Below are positions 22,501-32,625 of a stretch of 32,646 nucleotides of DNA, piece by piece. The notes beneath the pieces were generated by a model. That model was not told where the DNA came from. It worked only from the letters and a program-made list of their open reading frames with translations, and searched no databases. The stretch is from Lenisia limosa (lineage: Eukaryota > Protista > Breviatea): NCBI GenBank assembly GCA_001655205.1, contig LPNZ01009416.1, positions 1 to 32,646 on the forward strand, written 5' to 3'. Each line of letters starts with the position of its first letter. Position 1 is the first letter of the stretch. The position numbers were made by a program, and so were the translations under genes.

Positions 22501-23406
22501 TGCCTGTGGCGGGGACTCCGTGTTCTATAGATTAGAGAGTTCTAGTAGAAATGAGAGATGTCCATTAGATTAGAGAGATGTTCTATAGTGGAAATAAGAG
22601 AGATGATATCTTCCCATGTTGTTTGGTATTTACAGGAAAGAAATATGAAATAGAAAATATAATAAAAGTAAAATAGCTTAGCTGTGGAGATCAAACTATA
22701 GGTCTTTTAAACCAAGACCAACCAAAGGGCTGCAGACGTTCTCCCTCACAAAAGTACCATGCTTTGGCTTGCACACAAAGTACCGCACACCCTCAATTGT
22801 GCCGTTGTTCTTCCCATCTGGACCTGGAAGTTCTGCGTGGGGGAGGGTGAACAACGGCCATGGCGTAAAGGTTCAAATCGAACTGTAAAATCGAAAACTC
22901 CCGGTGAAAGAAAAGGGTGTTAGATGCAGAAAAAATAAGAATAGTACTATGTAAGATGTAAAATCGTGTTATAATGAGGGGGTTGATCTAACATCGTTAC
23001 AACCGTTGATAGAGAATCTACTTGCCAAGTATGTACAAATCAATCGCCCAAACCCCATTACTGCCTAGTTTCATAAAAGTTTATAAGGAAAATAAAGATG
23101 AATGAGAATAAACCCACATGAGGTAAACTATCATGTTCCTTATCTGCACCAAGCACCCCCCCCCCCATACCGATTCCAACCCAGTTGCCCAATGCAAAGC
23201 GAACTCCTCCAATATAACGGCAAATACCTAAAAAAAATGACAACAATATGAGATGCATTTCAAACATGCCAAAAATACTGGTCCTCATATTCAATTCCCC
23301 AAGTAAGTGCCATGATCATGACACTCCGAGCTGGTGCTATTTAAGGTAACCTACCTTTTTTACCATCTTTTGTTTGGATGGGTTTCCCCACTTCAATCGC
23401 CCCCAT
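10553..23406 (-). CDS. DCTN1: Dynactin subunit 1 (p150Glued), about 45 exons; exact last exon uncertain (alternative stop at 10850-10852)
   Basis: N-terminal CAP-Gly domain at about 22720-23406: MGAIEVGKPIQTKDGKKGICRYIGGVRFALGNWVGIELPGPDGKNNGTIEGVRYFVCKPKHGTFVR. A basic/Pro-rich linker follows, then coiled coils with the p150 hallmark ESVELLTLDKEAAEE (19711-19823), then LKTNEGKLKEALIKL, VDMLTDRAEGLEEE, MERNVRDYRVLIQALK, DLKITVLMLEERL, YREAVESLQTALTRVE and ALQTQISQLR. These are colinear with recalled metazoan DCTN1. Several exons fall in gaps. Confidence 0.88.
11009..11107. mobile_element. MITE family A copy with a degenerate left end, in a DCTN1 intron
   Basis: GGTCCCAAAAAAGACTGAATTT...AAATATCGATATTT...GGACCGTAGGGAAGTCCTA; colinear with the 24151 copy. 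Confidence 0.7.
14294..14392. mobile_element. MITE family A copy (opposite orientation) in a DCTN1 intron
   Basis: TAAGGCTTCACTACAGTCC...GGGACACGTAGGGAAGCCT termini and internal AAATATCGATATTT. Confidence 0.7.
14796..14936. repeat. Dispersed repeat family B copy (DCTN1 intron)
   Basis: GCAATGAGAAA..CAAGGTTGTGTCTGGCCAAAGCCGTCCACACCAT...TTAATTCACCCAA...CTCTGTG...GTGCCTCCCCAGCA. Confidence 0.75.
15391..15488. mobile_element. MITE family A, diverged copy in a DCTN1 intron
   Basis: GGGCTTCACTTCGGTTC...AAATATCGAT...GAACTGAAGTGCATCCCTA; imperfect inverted termini, same length as the other copies. Confidence 0.6.
17224..17339. repeat. 26-bp inverted repeat (hairpin/MITE-like) in a DCTN1 intron
   Basis: CTGATTTTCATGGAAGTTGCTGACGT (17224-17249) versus ACGTCAGCAACTTTCATGGAAATCAG (17314-17339): 24 of 26 positions are complementary. 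Confidence 0.75.
18264..18356. mobile_element. MITE family A copy in a DCTN1 intron
   Basis: TAGGGCTTCCCTACGGTC...GACCTTAGGGAAGCC termini and internal AAATATCGATATTT. Confidence 0.75.
19938..20070. repeat. Dispersed repeat family B copy (DCTN1 intron)
   Basis: GCAATGAGAAAAACAAGGTTATATCTGGCCGAATCCGTCCACACCAT...TTAATTCACCCAAACTCTGTG...GTGCCTTCCCAGCA. Confidence 0.75.
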
Positions 23407-23667
23407 ATTGGAGCCAAAGAGAAGAAAGGCTGAAATGGCCGAAAACACGAAAACATTGAAGAAGGTCATCCAGTTTTCCCCCGTGCCGCTTTCCTTTTGT
23501 TGCTGATTTTGAAAATAACTCTCCCTTTTCGCTCTTCTCAGACACGTCTTTCTGTAATTGTTGTTTTTATAGAAAAATATAACCAATAGTACCGGAAAAG
23601 CAAGAGTTTAGGCAGAGCATCCCCGACCTTCTATCAGAGTTGCTGGCTACTCGGGCTGGGACCCATC
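23407..23667. promoter_or_regulatory. Putative bidirectional promoter between the divergent DCTN1 and Ku70 genes
   Basis: Only 261 bp separate the two inferred ATGs (23406 on -, 23668 on +). Inferred from geometry only. Confidence 0.55.
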
Positions 23668-26600
23668 ATGTCGTCAGGATTCTCTAGTAGCTACTCTGAC
23701 AGCACATACACGACTGGAGATGGAGACTTCAGCTATGTGAGAGGGGTGTATTTCTTGTTTATCTTTGACAATTGATCACTCATAATATCACTACATTATA
23801 TTCCCCTCTCGACACTCTTATCTCGACACTCTTATTCAACCTAGGAAAAGCCGCAAAAGACACTGAACATCTATCTTGTGGATGCGTCCCGAGAAATGGT
23901 CGCTGCCCAGCCCCAGCAGGTTGGAGGGAATTCTAACACATTACTCGACTTTGGTGTCACAGCCAATGTGGGGATATCGAATGGGGGCTACCACCTCTTT
24001 GGGCTCTGTGATATTGAATACACTGCTTCTCTTAACGGTGTTTACACTGTGGAATGCAGTTCGTGTTTTACGTTTTAGGGCCCCTTCAAGGGCAAGTCGT
24101 TCCTGGAATCGGTCCTGGTGGTCAGTGGGTGCTTGTTCATGTCTTGTTATTAGGGCTTCCCTACTGTCCCAAAAAAAAGACTGAATTCCTCAATGTATCC
24201 TCAATAAATATCGATATTCTAACGGTCTCTTTTGAACTGTAGGGAAGCCCTACTTTTTTTGTTATAATCCGAAAAAGAATGCTGTTCTTCATATATCTGA
24301 GCTCCTAATACAAGCATGATTTTTGAGATCATTTCTAAGGCTTTAGAATCTCTCAAACAACCTCAACACGCAAATCATGTCAAGAGATAGCTCGAAATCA
24401 GCAATTATCGTCTACAACTGTGTAAGATGGCATAAATTGATACTTTCAATATCATTATCTCTCTTACTCTATCTGCGTACATACAACACACATGTATAAT
24501 ATCCCTTTAGAAAGCGTCGAAGTTCACCTACGACATCAAGCACCTTTATTTGTACATGCCCGTTACAGAGCCTGACGCAAAAATTATTAAGAAGCTCAAC
24601 GACACCGTCAGTATGCAAGGGGGTACTAAGGTGTATTATCTGGTTACACTCCAAGATTTCGTGTAAGGCTTGGGTTTCAAGCTCGTTTCTTTTTTTTTTC
24701 ATATTCCCATCGATGCCCGGGTCACAATTCAGAAAACGGGTCCAACGTCGAGTCTTGTCCTGGAGAGAAGATCCAGCTATTTGAGGTCCTCTCAGCCGCC
24801 CAGAGCCTCATACAGACCCAGTGAGTGGTGGTCCCGATGAACAGTCATTGTAATATCCACTTTAGCGATTCGAAGAACATCAATAGTCGAGTCATTATTT
24901 TCACTGCTGACGATACTCCCCACAAGCCTGGTAGGAACCATATATTATAGTATATCATACTAATATACATGTATATGACTATGGTAGTTTATTTTATTTA
25001 TAATTGATAAGGAAATGGGTAAAGGTTGACAGGGTCTTCATTTAATATTCGGTTTTAATGATAGTTAGAAATGTCTCATGTCATATGAAATGACAGCAGT
25101 CCTTACCTTCTTAGGACACTTGCGTGAAAAGGCTGTTGATAAGGCAAAGGTGGGAATGGGTTTATGATTTTATTGTACAATGAGTTTGAATCCCTCTTTA
25201 AATATTGTTGTTTTTCTGAAATACTCGTCAGCATAATCCTGGGTCCCTTTATCACCACCCTCAGGACATGATTGATGCCGGGACTGAGATCCGCACCATG
25301 CTGTTCCAGGACGATGACGCTCCGCCTTGTAGTGACACCTTCTGGACCGAGGTTCTGCAGAACAATGACAACTTCATCTATGGAACTGTATGAAAAGGGG
25401 CCATCTATAATATGAAAAGGGACCCCCAGAGTTTTCCCGTTTTGTATGATAATACATTTCCCTTTGAATTGCTAACCTTCTTTGTACTTACAATTTAGCC
25501 TGAAGATTTCGCGCGATGCTACGCGAAAGTGGTATGTGGCGTGATGATAAAAGGAGGAGAAACAGATCGGTTGGGGAAATTATTGTACTTTCTACTTTAC
25601 AGGAATAATGGTTTACAAGTGAGCTTACTCAACACCAAACTCGTTTCTGACCACATTTGTGAGAAACACTTCCATTATTTGATAGTTCAGCAAGAGTACC
25701 ACATTCAGATCTGAGAGATAGAACTAGATTTCTCACTGCTTTTACCTGATTATCACCACCCAGACCTACTTCGAACGCGTCCGTGGCCGAATGACCTTCG
25801 AAATCGGCCAGGGTATTACAACCGCTACTAAGTGTTGGGGGGGGGGGGGNNNNNNNNNNNNNNNNNNNNNNNNNNNNNNNNNNNNNNNNNNNNNNNNNNN
25901 NNNNNNNNNNNNNNNNNNNNNNNNNNNNNNNNNNNNNNNNNNNNNNNNNNNNNNCTTTCTCTTCTTGTTTTGGTGTTAAATGGAGCCTTGCTGTATTTCC
26001 ATTCCTTCCTTATCCCCCCTCCCCCCGCAGTGTACACATTGGCCTTGCGAGCCACCAAGCCAAGCGCCATCAATGTGACGGCGGAGAAGTCGGAACGTGT
26101 CAAAGTCACTTCCAGTCTGGTAGGGGGGGTCTGATTAGACAGTAGTATGTCATATTCCTTGAACATCATAGTATTATGGTGTAACTGTTTCTTCAGATGG
26201 ATACAGCTACCGGAGAGCACATATCCAAAGACGAGGTCAAGAAGGCTATTAGATTTGCTTCAAAGAGGGTGTTCTTCACAAACACCGAAATGGACAAAAT
26301 GAAGACCTTCGGACCCCCGGGAATTGTTCTTCTTGGCTTCAAGAAGCAAGAACTTCTCAAGCAGGAGCTCAATGTTAAACCCCCTCTCTTTATGACTGCT
26401 GGTATGAAGCTCTGAGTCCTTGCTTCCCTGATAGTTGGTATTTTCAAGGATCAAGTGATACTTGTTGAATTGTTCAGGTTGAAAGTACCCTCAAGATCTT
26501 GTTTGTAGAATATTCTTAAATAGTAAAGATAATAAGTATTATACAGAATATTCGTAACGTTGCAGATGATGAGAATATTGATGGGTCATCAACTGCTCTG

Positions 26601-28192
26601 AAGGCGCTTTTACTGGAAATGGTGGCAAAAAAAGTGGTATGTTGTTGAGGGGTCAACGTCAAAAGTGGTATGTTGTGGAGGGGGTCAACGTCAAAAGTTG
26701 TTTCTTGGGGCGTTACTTTGAAGGGACCTATCTTAATACTATAGATGGCGATTGTTCGCGTGATTGCTCGGAGACGACAACCACCACAAAACTACGCTAT
26801 GCTTCCCCAGATGGAAAACAACGAAGAGGTAAATTACATGTGTTGAAATATTGGCAATGTACTTAACAGACAGTTTTCTCACCTTCCAGAACATTCCCGG
26901 AGGATTCATCCTTGTGGCCTTGCCTTATATGGACGATATCCGCAACCCTCCTGTTCCAGAAATGCCTGATGATGGTTTGTGCTATTTTTGTGCTCTTTTA
27001 TCGGTTTTTATAGCTTATTTACATCTGATATACATATATTGTTGTTTTCACCTTTCCATCCATCTCTAACCCCCAGTGCCGAATAATGACATTCGGGGCA
27101 TGCAGCACGTGATCCAGGCTCTCTTTGTTGACGACGCGGACGCCATTTATGCGCCAGATCAGTTCCTTAACCCAGCAATCGACTCCCACGCCCAGGTCCT
27201 CAATGTTGGCAAGGGGCAGGGGAAACTCAAAGATTTTGTATCTGTGAAATTTTTATTCTGTAAATAATTTGCTCCTCTTGTTGAGAAAAAGAGGGAAGTT
27301 AAGGATGAAATTTAATCAGACAGTTTTTTTCTTTTCATTCATCATTAAGGATAGAACACTAACTCCCCCAGACCCTAGCTCTTGAACACTAACTCCTCCA
27401 GACCCTAGCTCTCGAACACTAACTCCTCCAGACCCTAGCTCTTGAACACTAACTCCTCCAGACCCTAGCTCTTGAACACTAACTCCCCCAGACCCTAGCT
27501 CTTGAAAAAGATATGGAAGACCTTAAGTATGAAGATACGACACTAGTGGAGCATTCAGCTGAAGTCATGGGTGGGTGGCCGAGGGTATCGCATTATATCA
27601 TATTGTTAGTCTCTTTGCTTACTTTTAAAAACATAATTTAACCTTGCAGAAAAAGTGAAACGCTCATTCAGCACCATCTATCCCCCAGATTATGATTTCC
27701 TTGTTGGAGCGAAGGTAGGTCCTTGTCCACTAGCTAGTTTCATTGTAAAAACAAATTTACATTATTATTACACTAATTTGCTGTTGATTTTGGTGGGGTT
27801 TTTTTGACATAAATTGTTCAATTTTACTCCCCTCCCCCTCCTCCAACACACTCCAATCTTTTTAGCCCGCGAAGGTGGCACGCAAGACTGAGGCCAAAGT
27901 GGTCAATGCCTCCACAATCACGAGCAAATCAGCAGCCTCGTCCCATAACATGCCGACAATCAAGCAGATCCTTGGTGGGCCGACTCTTTTGCCACACTTG
28001 TCTTTGTTGAATGTTTGCTTTATACCAATGATAGCTTGTTCTTTTGAGACAGGCTCTTTATTACGATTTATTTATTGGGCTTTGGCAACCCCTCATAACT
28101 CTTCAGCCGAAAAGAACGTCACAGTCCCACCCAAGGCCAAAAAGGCTGACTTGGTCGCACTGTTGTGCCAGGCTCTCAACATCCCCACCTAG
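23668..28192 (+). CDS. XRCC6: Ku70 (X-ray repair cross-complementing protein 6), NHEJ DNA-end-binding subunit, about 20 exons
   Basis: vWA domain: TLNIYLVDASREM, SKSAIIVYN, LFEVLSAAQSL, SRVIIFTADDTPH. Beta-barrel core: VYTLALRATKP, EMDKMKTFGPPGIVLLGFK, GSSTALKALLLEM, NYAMLPQ, PGGFILVALPYMDDIR, DQFLNPAIDSH, IYPPDYD. C-terminal SAP-like helix: MPTIKQIL...KAKKADLVALL*. All blocks occur in canonical Ku70 order. Confidence 0.95.
24151..24252. mobile_element. MITE family A, best-preserved copy, in a Ku70 intron
   Basis: Perfect 14-bp inverted termini TAGGGCTTCCCTAC...GTAGGGAAGCCCTA, including an outer TA that may be a target-site duplication. Internal AAATATCGATATT palindrome. 102 bp, non-coding. 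Confidence 0.8.
27354..27506 (+). repeat. 30-bp tandem repeat x5 spanning a Ku70 branch point, acceptor and exon start
   Basis: Unit GAACACTAACTCC(C/T)CCAGACCCTAGCTCT(T/C), read directly from the sequence. Confidence 0.95.
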
Positions 28193-28537
28193 ATTCTTTT
28201 GTCGCTTCGTTCCGTCTCTTCGTTTATTTATTTTTGTCATTTTTGTCATTATCACAATCTCAGCCTACATTTGAGGATACTGCAGAGATATTTTGATATT
28301 TTGGTGATACTGTAATGATACCATGGATATCTTTAGGATGAAGGAGTTTGTTCAGTTCAAGTTAAGTTGTTCTGTTAAAAGAAATATCTGATATGTTTTT
28401 TCAGTCAACGTCTAAATTCGTAATTATTTAAGGATTTTTTTGAAAAAAAATCAGCCAGCCAGCTGGTTAAGTAGGGAGGTGTAAGGGAGGATAGAAATCA
28501 GGACGATATTGTGAATTAGCTGAAGTTAAGGGCGGAA

Positions 28538-31500
28538 ATGACTCTCGATGGACTGTTTCGTTCGAACTTTTGGGATGCGCCAGGCACGCCCTTTGCTGAC
28601 GGCTTCCAGACCCTGATGATGCACATGCACAACGGTAGGCAGGGAGAGAAAGAGATTGGAAGTGTCACCTTTGTGACCATCGATGTTCTCACAACGCTGT
28701 TCGGAGTTTGCATGGTTTGAATGAAATGGTGGCGATAGGCCGTTCAATCACAACGTTACAATATATTCTTTCATTTATAATGTTTTGTTGCCAAGGATGG
28801 TCATTTGATATTTCCCTTCTTCCTATTGCACTGTACTGCTGGGGATCTGGACTATTTGTCAAATACTGCAGACCACCTTGACTGCACACGTAAACCCCAA
28901 ATGAAAAGGCACAATGTCTTTCTCATACAATGCCTTTCTCATCATCGCTAATAGTTATTGTTTTATCTTGTTCTTCTTCCTTCATCCCCAAAATATCCAA
29001 TTCCATCCCAGAAGCGACTGTCTGGACTTAGTTTGGTGTGTTGTTTTCGTCCTTTGTATGTTTCTAGCTAACAGAGTTGATTTGGGCTCATAAAATTACA
29101 CTTTTTACTCCCCCACTCCTTTCGAACTGTTGCGTATATGTAACTCAGATAATATTTACCGCCGCCAGGCAAGGAGTCCCTGAAGGAAATGCAAATGTTT
29201 TTCGAACGACGCGCGAAGATTGAGGAGGACTATGCAAAGCAGCTCAAGGCCTTGGCAAGGGAAATGCCTCTCGGTTGGCTTCATGGCAATCATGAGGGCT
29301 TTGACCCACACTAAACCCCATGGGTTCTATCACCGATCTTCCCTATTTGTGTCCCTTGTGTTTTCGTTTAATTTGGAGATGGCAAGAAACATGGTCAAAA
29401 TCATCTTGCTTATGAACCCAATTTTTTTAACCTGTTGCATACTAAATGTGTAGCTTCAGGCTTTTATTACCCAATGTTACTGTCTTCCATTTGGAAGACA
29501 TTTTTTGTTGTGTTATGGCTTTCATTCTCCAGGCAAAACGGAACCCGAAGACACCAAGAAAGTGCTTACGACTGTCATTGATGAAATGAAACACGTGAGT
29601 GGGGTGAGCTTGTTCACTGCCAATGGCTCAAGGATGTATATTCATTTAACTGGACTGGAATGTTTTCGATCAAGGATGTTCAGGATTTAGCATGAATTTG
29701 TTGTGACGACTAACAGGTGGCGGAGAGCCACTCAGTGTTTTCAATGCATCTCACGGATAACATTGTGTCGTCTCTTCAGTCCTTGAAGCACCGTTACAAG
29801 GAGGCAAAGAAACCGGTTGGTGATTTGTTAGCGTCTTCTTGAGCCTTTATGATTGACCGCAATTAGTTCTCTTGTGGTGTTTTGGGGTTTTCATTCTCAT
29901 GATTGATTTCTCATTTTGGAAAATCCTCCCCGATCATTGCACATTGTAACTCACCCAAAAGGCTGAAGCAGCGGTTTTGGCCTATGCTCCACAGGTGGAC
30001 AGCGCCGTGAAGAAGACCAAAGAAAAACAGGATAGGTTGGGGGGGGGGGGNNNNNNNNNNNNNNNNNNNNNNNNNNNNNNNNNNNNNNNNNNNNNNNNNN
30101 NNNNNNNNNNNNNNNNNNNATCTTAAGATAGAGTCTTTGGTCAGCTGCAGTATTATATAGCCGAAGCTAAATTCAGCGGTGTATGATTCGTTGTGTTGTT
30201 CTTCAAGAAATGACTGATCCATCATAGGTACTTCTCAAAAGTGAGGGACCTTTCTCTTTCAGACGAATCGAAAGTGGGCAGGCTCATTCCTACCGTGTCT
30301 TTGTTGTCTGATTTCAGGGTGATGCTACTCTAATGGGCTAAATTGATAAAACGCAAACCAATCGTTTAAAGCATGATAGGAATATATCCAGAAGAGGCTA
30401 TCCAAGGTAGTATCTGACTGATGTAGACGGCGTCGGTTGACAAGACAGTTGCCGAGATGCAGCTGGCTGAAGATGAGTACTACCGCGCTGCCCTTGTGGC
30501 TAAGGAGAAGCTTGGTTGGAACACTGTTGTTATCATAAAGGCTTTGAGTAAGGGCATTCTTGAATTCGGTCATGATGAAACAGATGTTGATATTCCAATG
30601 ATTTGTACCGCTAATGCTTCAGCTGTCTACATTCCATTATACGAGAAAACTCTCGATGATCTTCAAAAAATTGAAACCAATGTATGGGCGGAGACTTCTC
30701 TTATTGGCTCGGATTTCATTTTAATATCCCCCTCCATCTCACTGTCTGTAGCGTTTGGAGGCAGTGAAGTCTTACCTTGTTACTCTGTCGAAGTACCAGT
30801 CCGAATTTGAACAGGTTGGCTCCTCTTCATTAGACGGCCAAAATTGATGGTAAAATGATTTATTGAGCAGGTCAAGTATTTCGTTCAAAATGAAGCCCTT
30901 CTTCATTATGTTCCTACTTTGGGATGCTGAAGTTTTTTTGATAAAAAAAATCCCAGGGATAAACACAACGGGCTTTTCGTTTCTAGGCGTCATAGTAAAT
31001 GGCAGCACGATCAACTATCGAAATACCACTCTCTGTTCACCATTTGCAGTCGTATTGCCATGCCAGCGACACCCTAGCTAAAGTTTCAACTCGTGTCAGC
31101 CCTCAAATCGAACTCCAGGTTGGCTTTGTTGTTTTCATTATAAGCTTCCATAACACTATCATCTTCAATATTTCTTAACAATCCAGAGATTTGTGATCAG
31201 CCACCGAACATCAAGTGTGCCAATCAACACGCAACTCTACAAGCCAATCCACAGCGTGGGTCCCGACACTTAACTGTTAAGAACTTGCCCTATTTTCGAA
31301 AAAAAACCGTACTGATTCTGCAGACTATCCACGGCAAAGTTGTACCCCCTCGTCACTCCTCCGTGTCGGGAATTCCCTTCTCGCAACTCAACACTCTCAA
31401 TCAAATTTCAGACCTTTCCGTTGGAGGGGGCAGTATTCAATTGAGTTTTTTGTATTGGAAAGAAAAAGTAGGTGATTTTGGCATTTCAACCCACAGAATT

Positions 31501-32541
31501 GACTGCCATGGGCTTTTTGTTGTTTATATTCAAATCCTTGTGTAGGAAGTATTAAAATAACTTGGGGGTATCCCCCCCACANNNNNNNNNNNNNNNNNNN
31601 NNNNNNNNNNNNNNNNNNNNNNNNNNNNNNNNNNNNNNNNNNNNNNNNNNNNNNNNNNNNNNNNNNNNNNNNNNNNNNNNNNNNNNNATGTTGGTAAAAA
31701 AAAATATATGCTCGGGATATTTCAATATTCCAATTCTTTTGTTTTTCTCTTCTTTTTTTCGAAATTCATCGAAAGCTTATCTTTTATTTTTGAGCATCAA
31801 ACACCATATTTGTGTCACACTTGAAGCTAGGTCATATAACAACGCCATTTTGTTGCCTTCAGTGGACCTTTTTATTTCTCTTTATAAAGCTGCTTTTATT
31901 TAAGCCAACCTGNNNNNNNNNNCTATGAAGGGTGCAAAACCTCGACAGGGGTGGTATACCTTGACAGGGGGTGCTATACCTCGACAACGGGTGTAATAAC
32001 TTGACAATTTGTGGGTAAATTGACATTTTTTTGCCTTCAGTGGACCTTTTTATTTCTCTTTATAAAGCTGCTTTTATTTAAGCCAACCTGGCCGCTTCAT
32101 ATACACATTAAAGCAAAGTGATAATATCAGTAATTATATATCATATTATATAAATTTTCTGTACCTTTCAATTTGGTTTGAAAAGTGGATAGTGGGAGTG
32201 AATATATTCAAAGATTTAGTTTTGTCCGTAGTCAACCAACATTGTGGCCTGTTTCCTCTGTTTCTCATGGACCAACCCTTTAGTGCTGGTGAAGCTTCAA
32301 AGCGCACTCCCCAACTCCCTCTCAATAAGTCGCTCCATCCAGCGAGAACTATCCGAGGTATGCTGAACACTGAGTGCTTTCTCTATTTTTGTTGTGAGAT
32401 GCAGATTTTTGCTCGGATATATTGCTAATTTACTCAAGGTATCCCGAACGATTGATCATTTGTCCCGAAAGCAAATCGGCACTCCAAGTAAAGACCCGAT
32501 TTCGCCCTCCCCTGTTGCGCCAAACAGGCTCCGAGTTGATG
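28538..32541 (+). CDS. F-BAR (FCH) domain protein of the PSTPIP/Cdc15 type; probably continues beyond the window
   Basis: Spliced exons give MTLDGLFRSNFWDAPGTPFADGFQTLMMHMHNGKESLKEMQMFFERRAKIEEDYAKQLKALARE...VAESHSVFSMHL...EMQLAEDEYYRAAL...YEKTLDDLQKIETNRLEAVKSYL...PQIELQRFVISHRTS (to about 31255), which matches the F-BAR signature. Further in-frame exon candidates lie at 31324-31419, 32284-32357 and 32439-32541. Their membership in the same gene is inferred. Confidence 0.78.
31853..32090. repeat. 60-bp direct repeat (31853-31912 and 32031-32090) around a 10-N gap, with a degenerate ~20-bp tandem array between the copies
   Basis: Both copies read TTGCCTTCAGTGGACC...TAAGCCAACCTG identically. 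Intervening ACCT(C/T)GACA-type units lie at about 31939-32025. Confidence 0.85.
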
Positions 32542-32625
32542 GTATGCAGGAAAATGCTTCGGATGGAAAGTGTGCAGGGAAATGCTTCGGATGGAAAGTG
32601 TGCAGGGAAATGCTTCGGATGGATA
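32542..32625 (+). repeat. 28-bp tandem repeat x3 starting at a predicted 5' splice site
   Basis: GT(A/G)TGCAGG(A/G)AAATGCTTCGGATGGA(A/T)A at 32542, 32570 and 32598. Confidence 0.9.

Noticed and set aside
27354-27506. CRISPR-like array
   Set aside because: The units are contiguous with no unique spacers, the context is eukaryotic and intronic, and there are no cas genes.
383-31903. Many ORF-track entries containing X runs
   Set aside because: They are open only because N bases cannot encode stops. They span introns and gaps.
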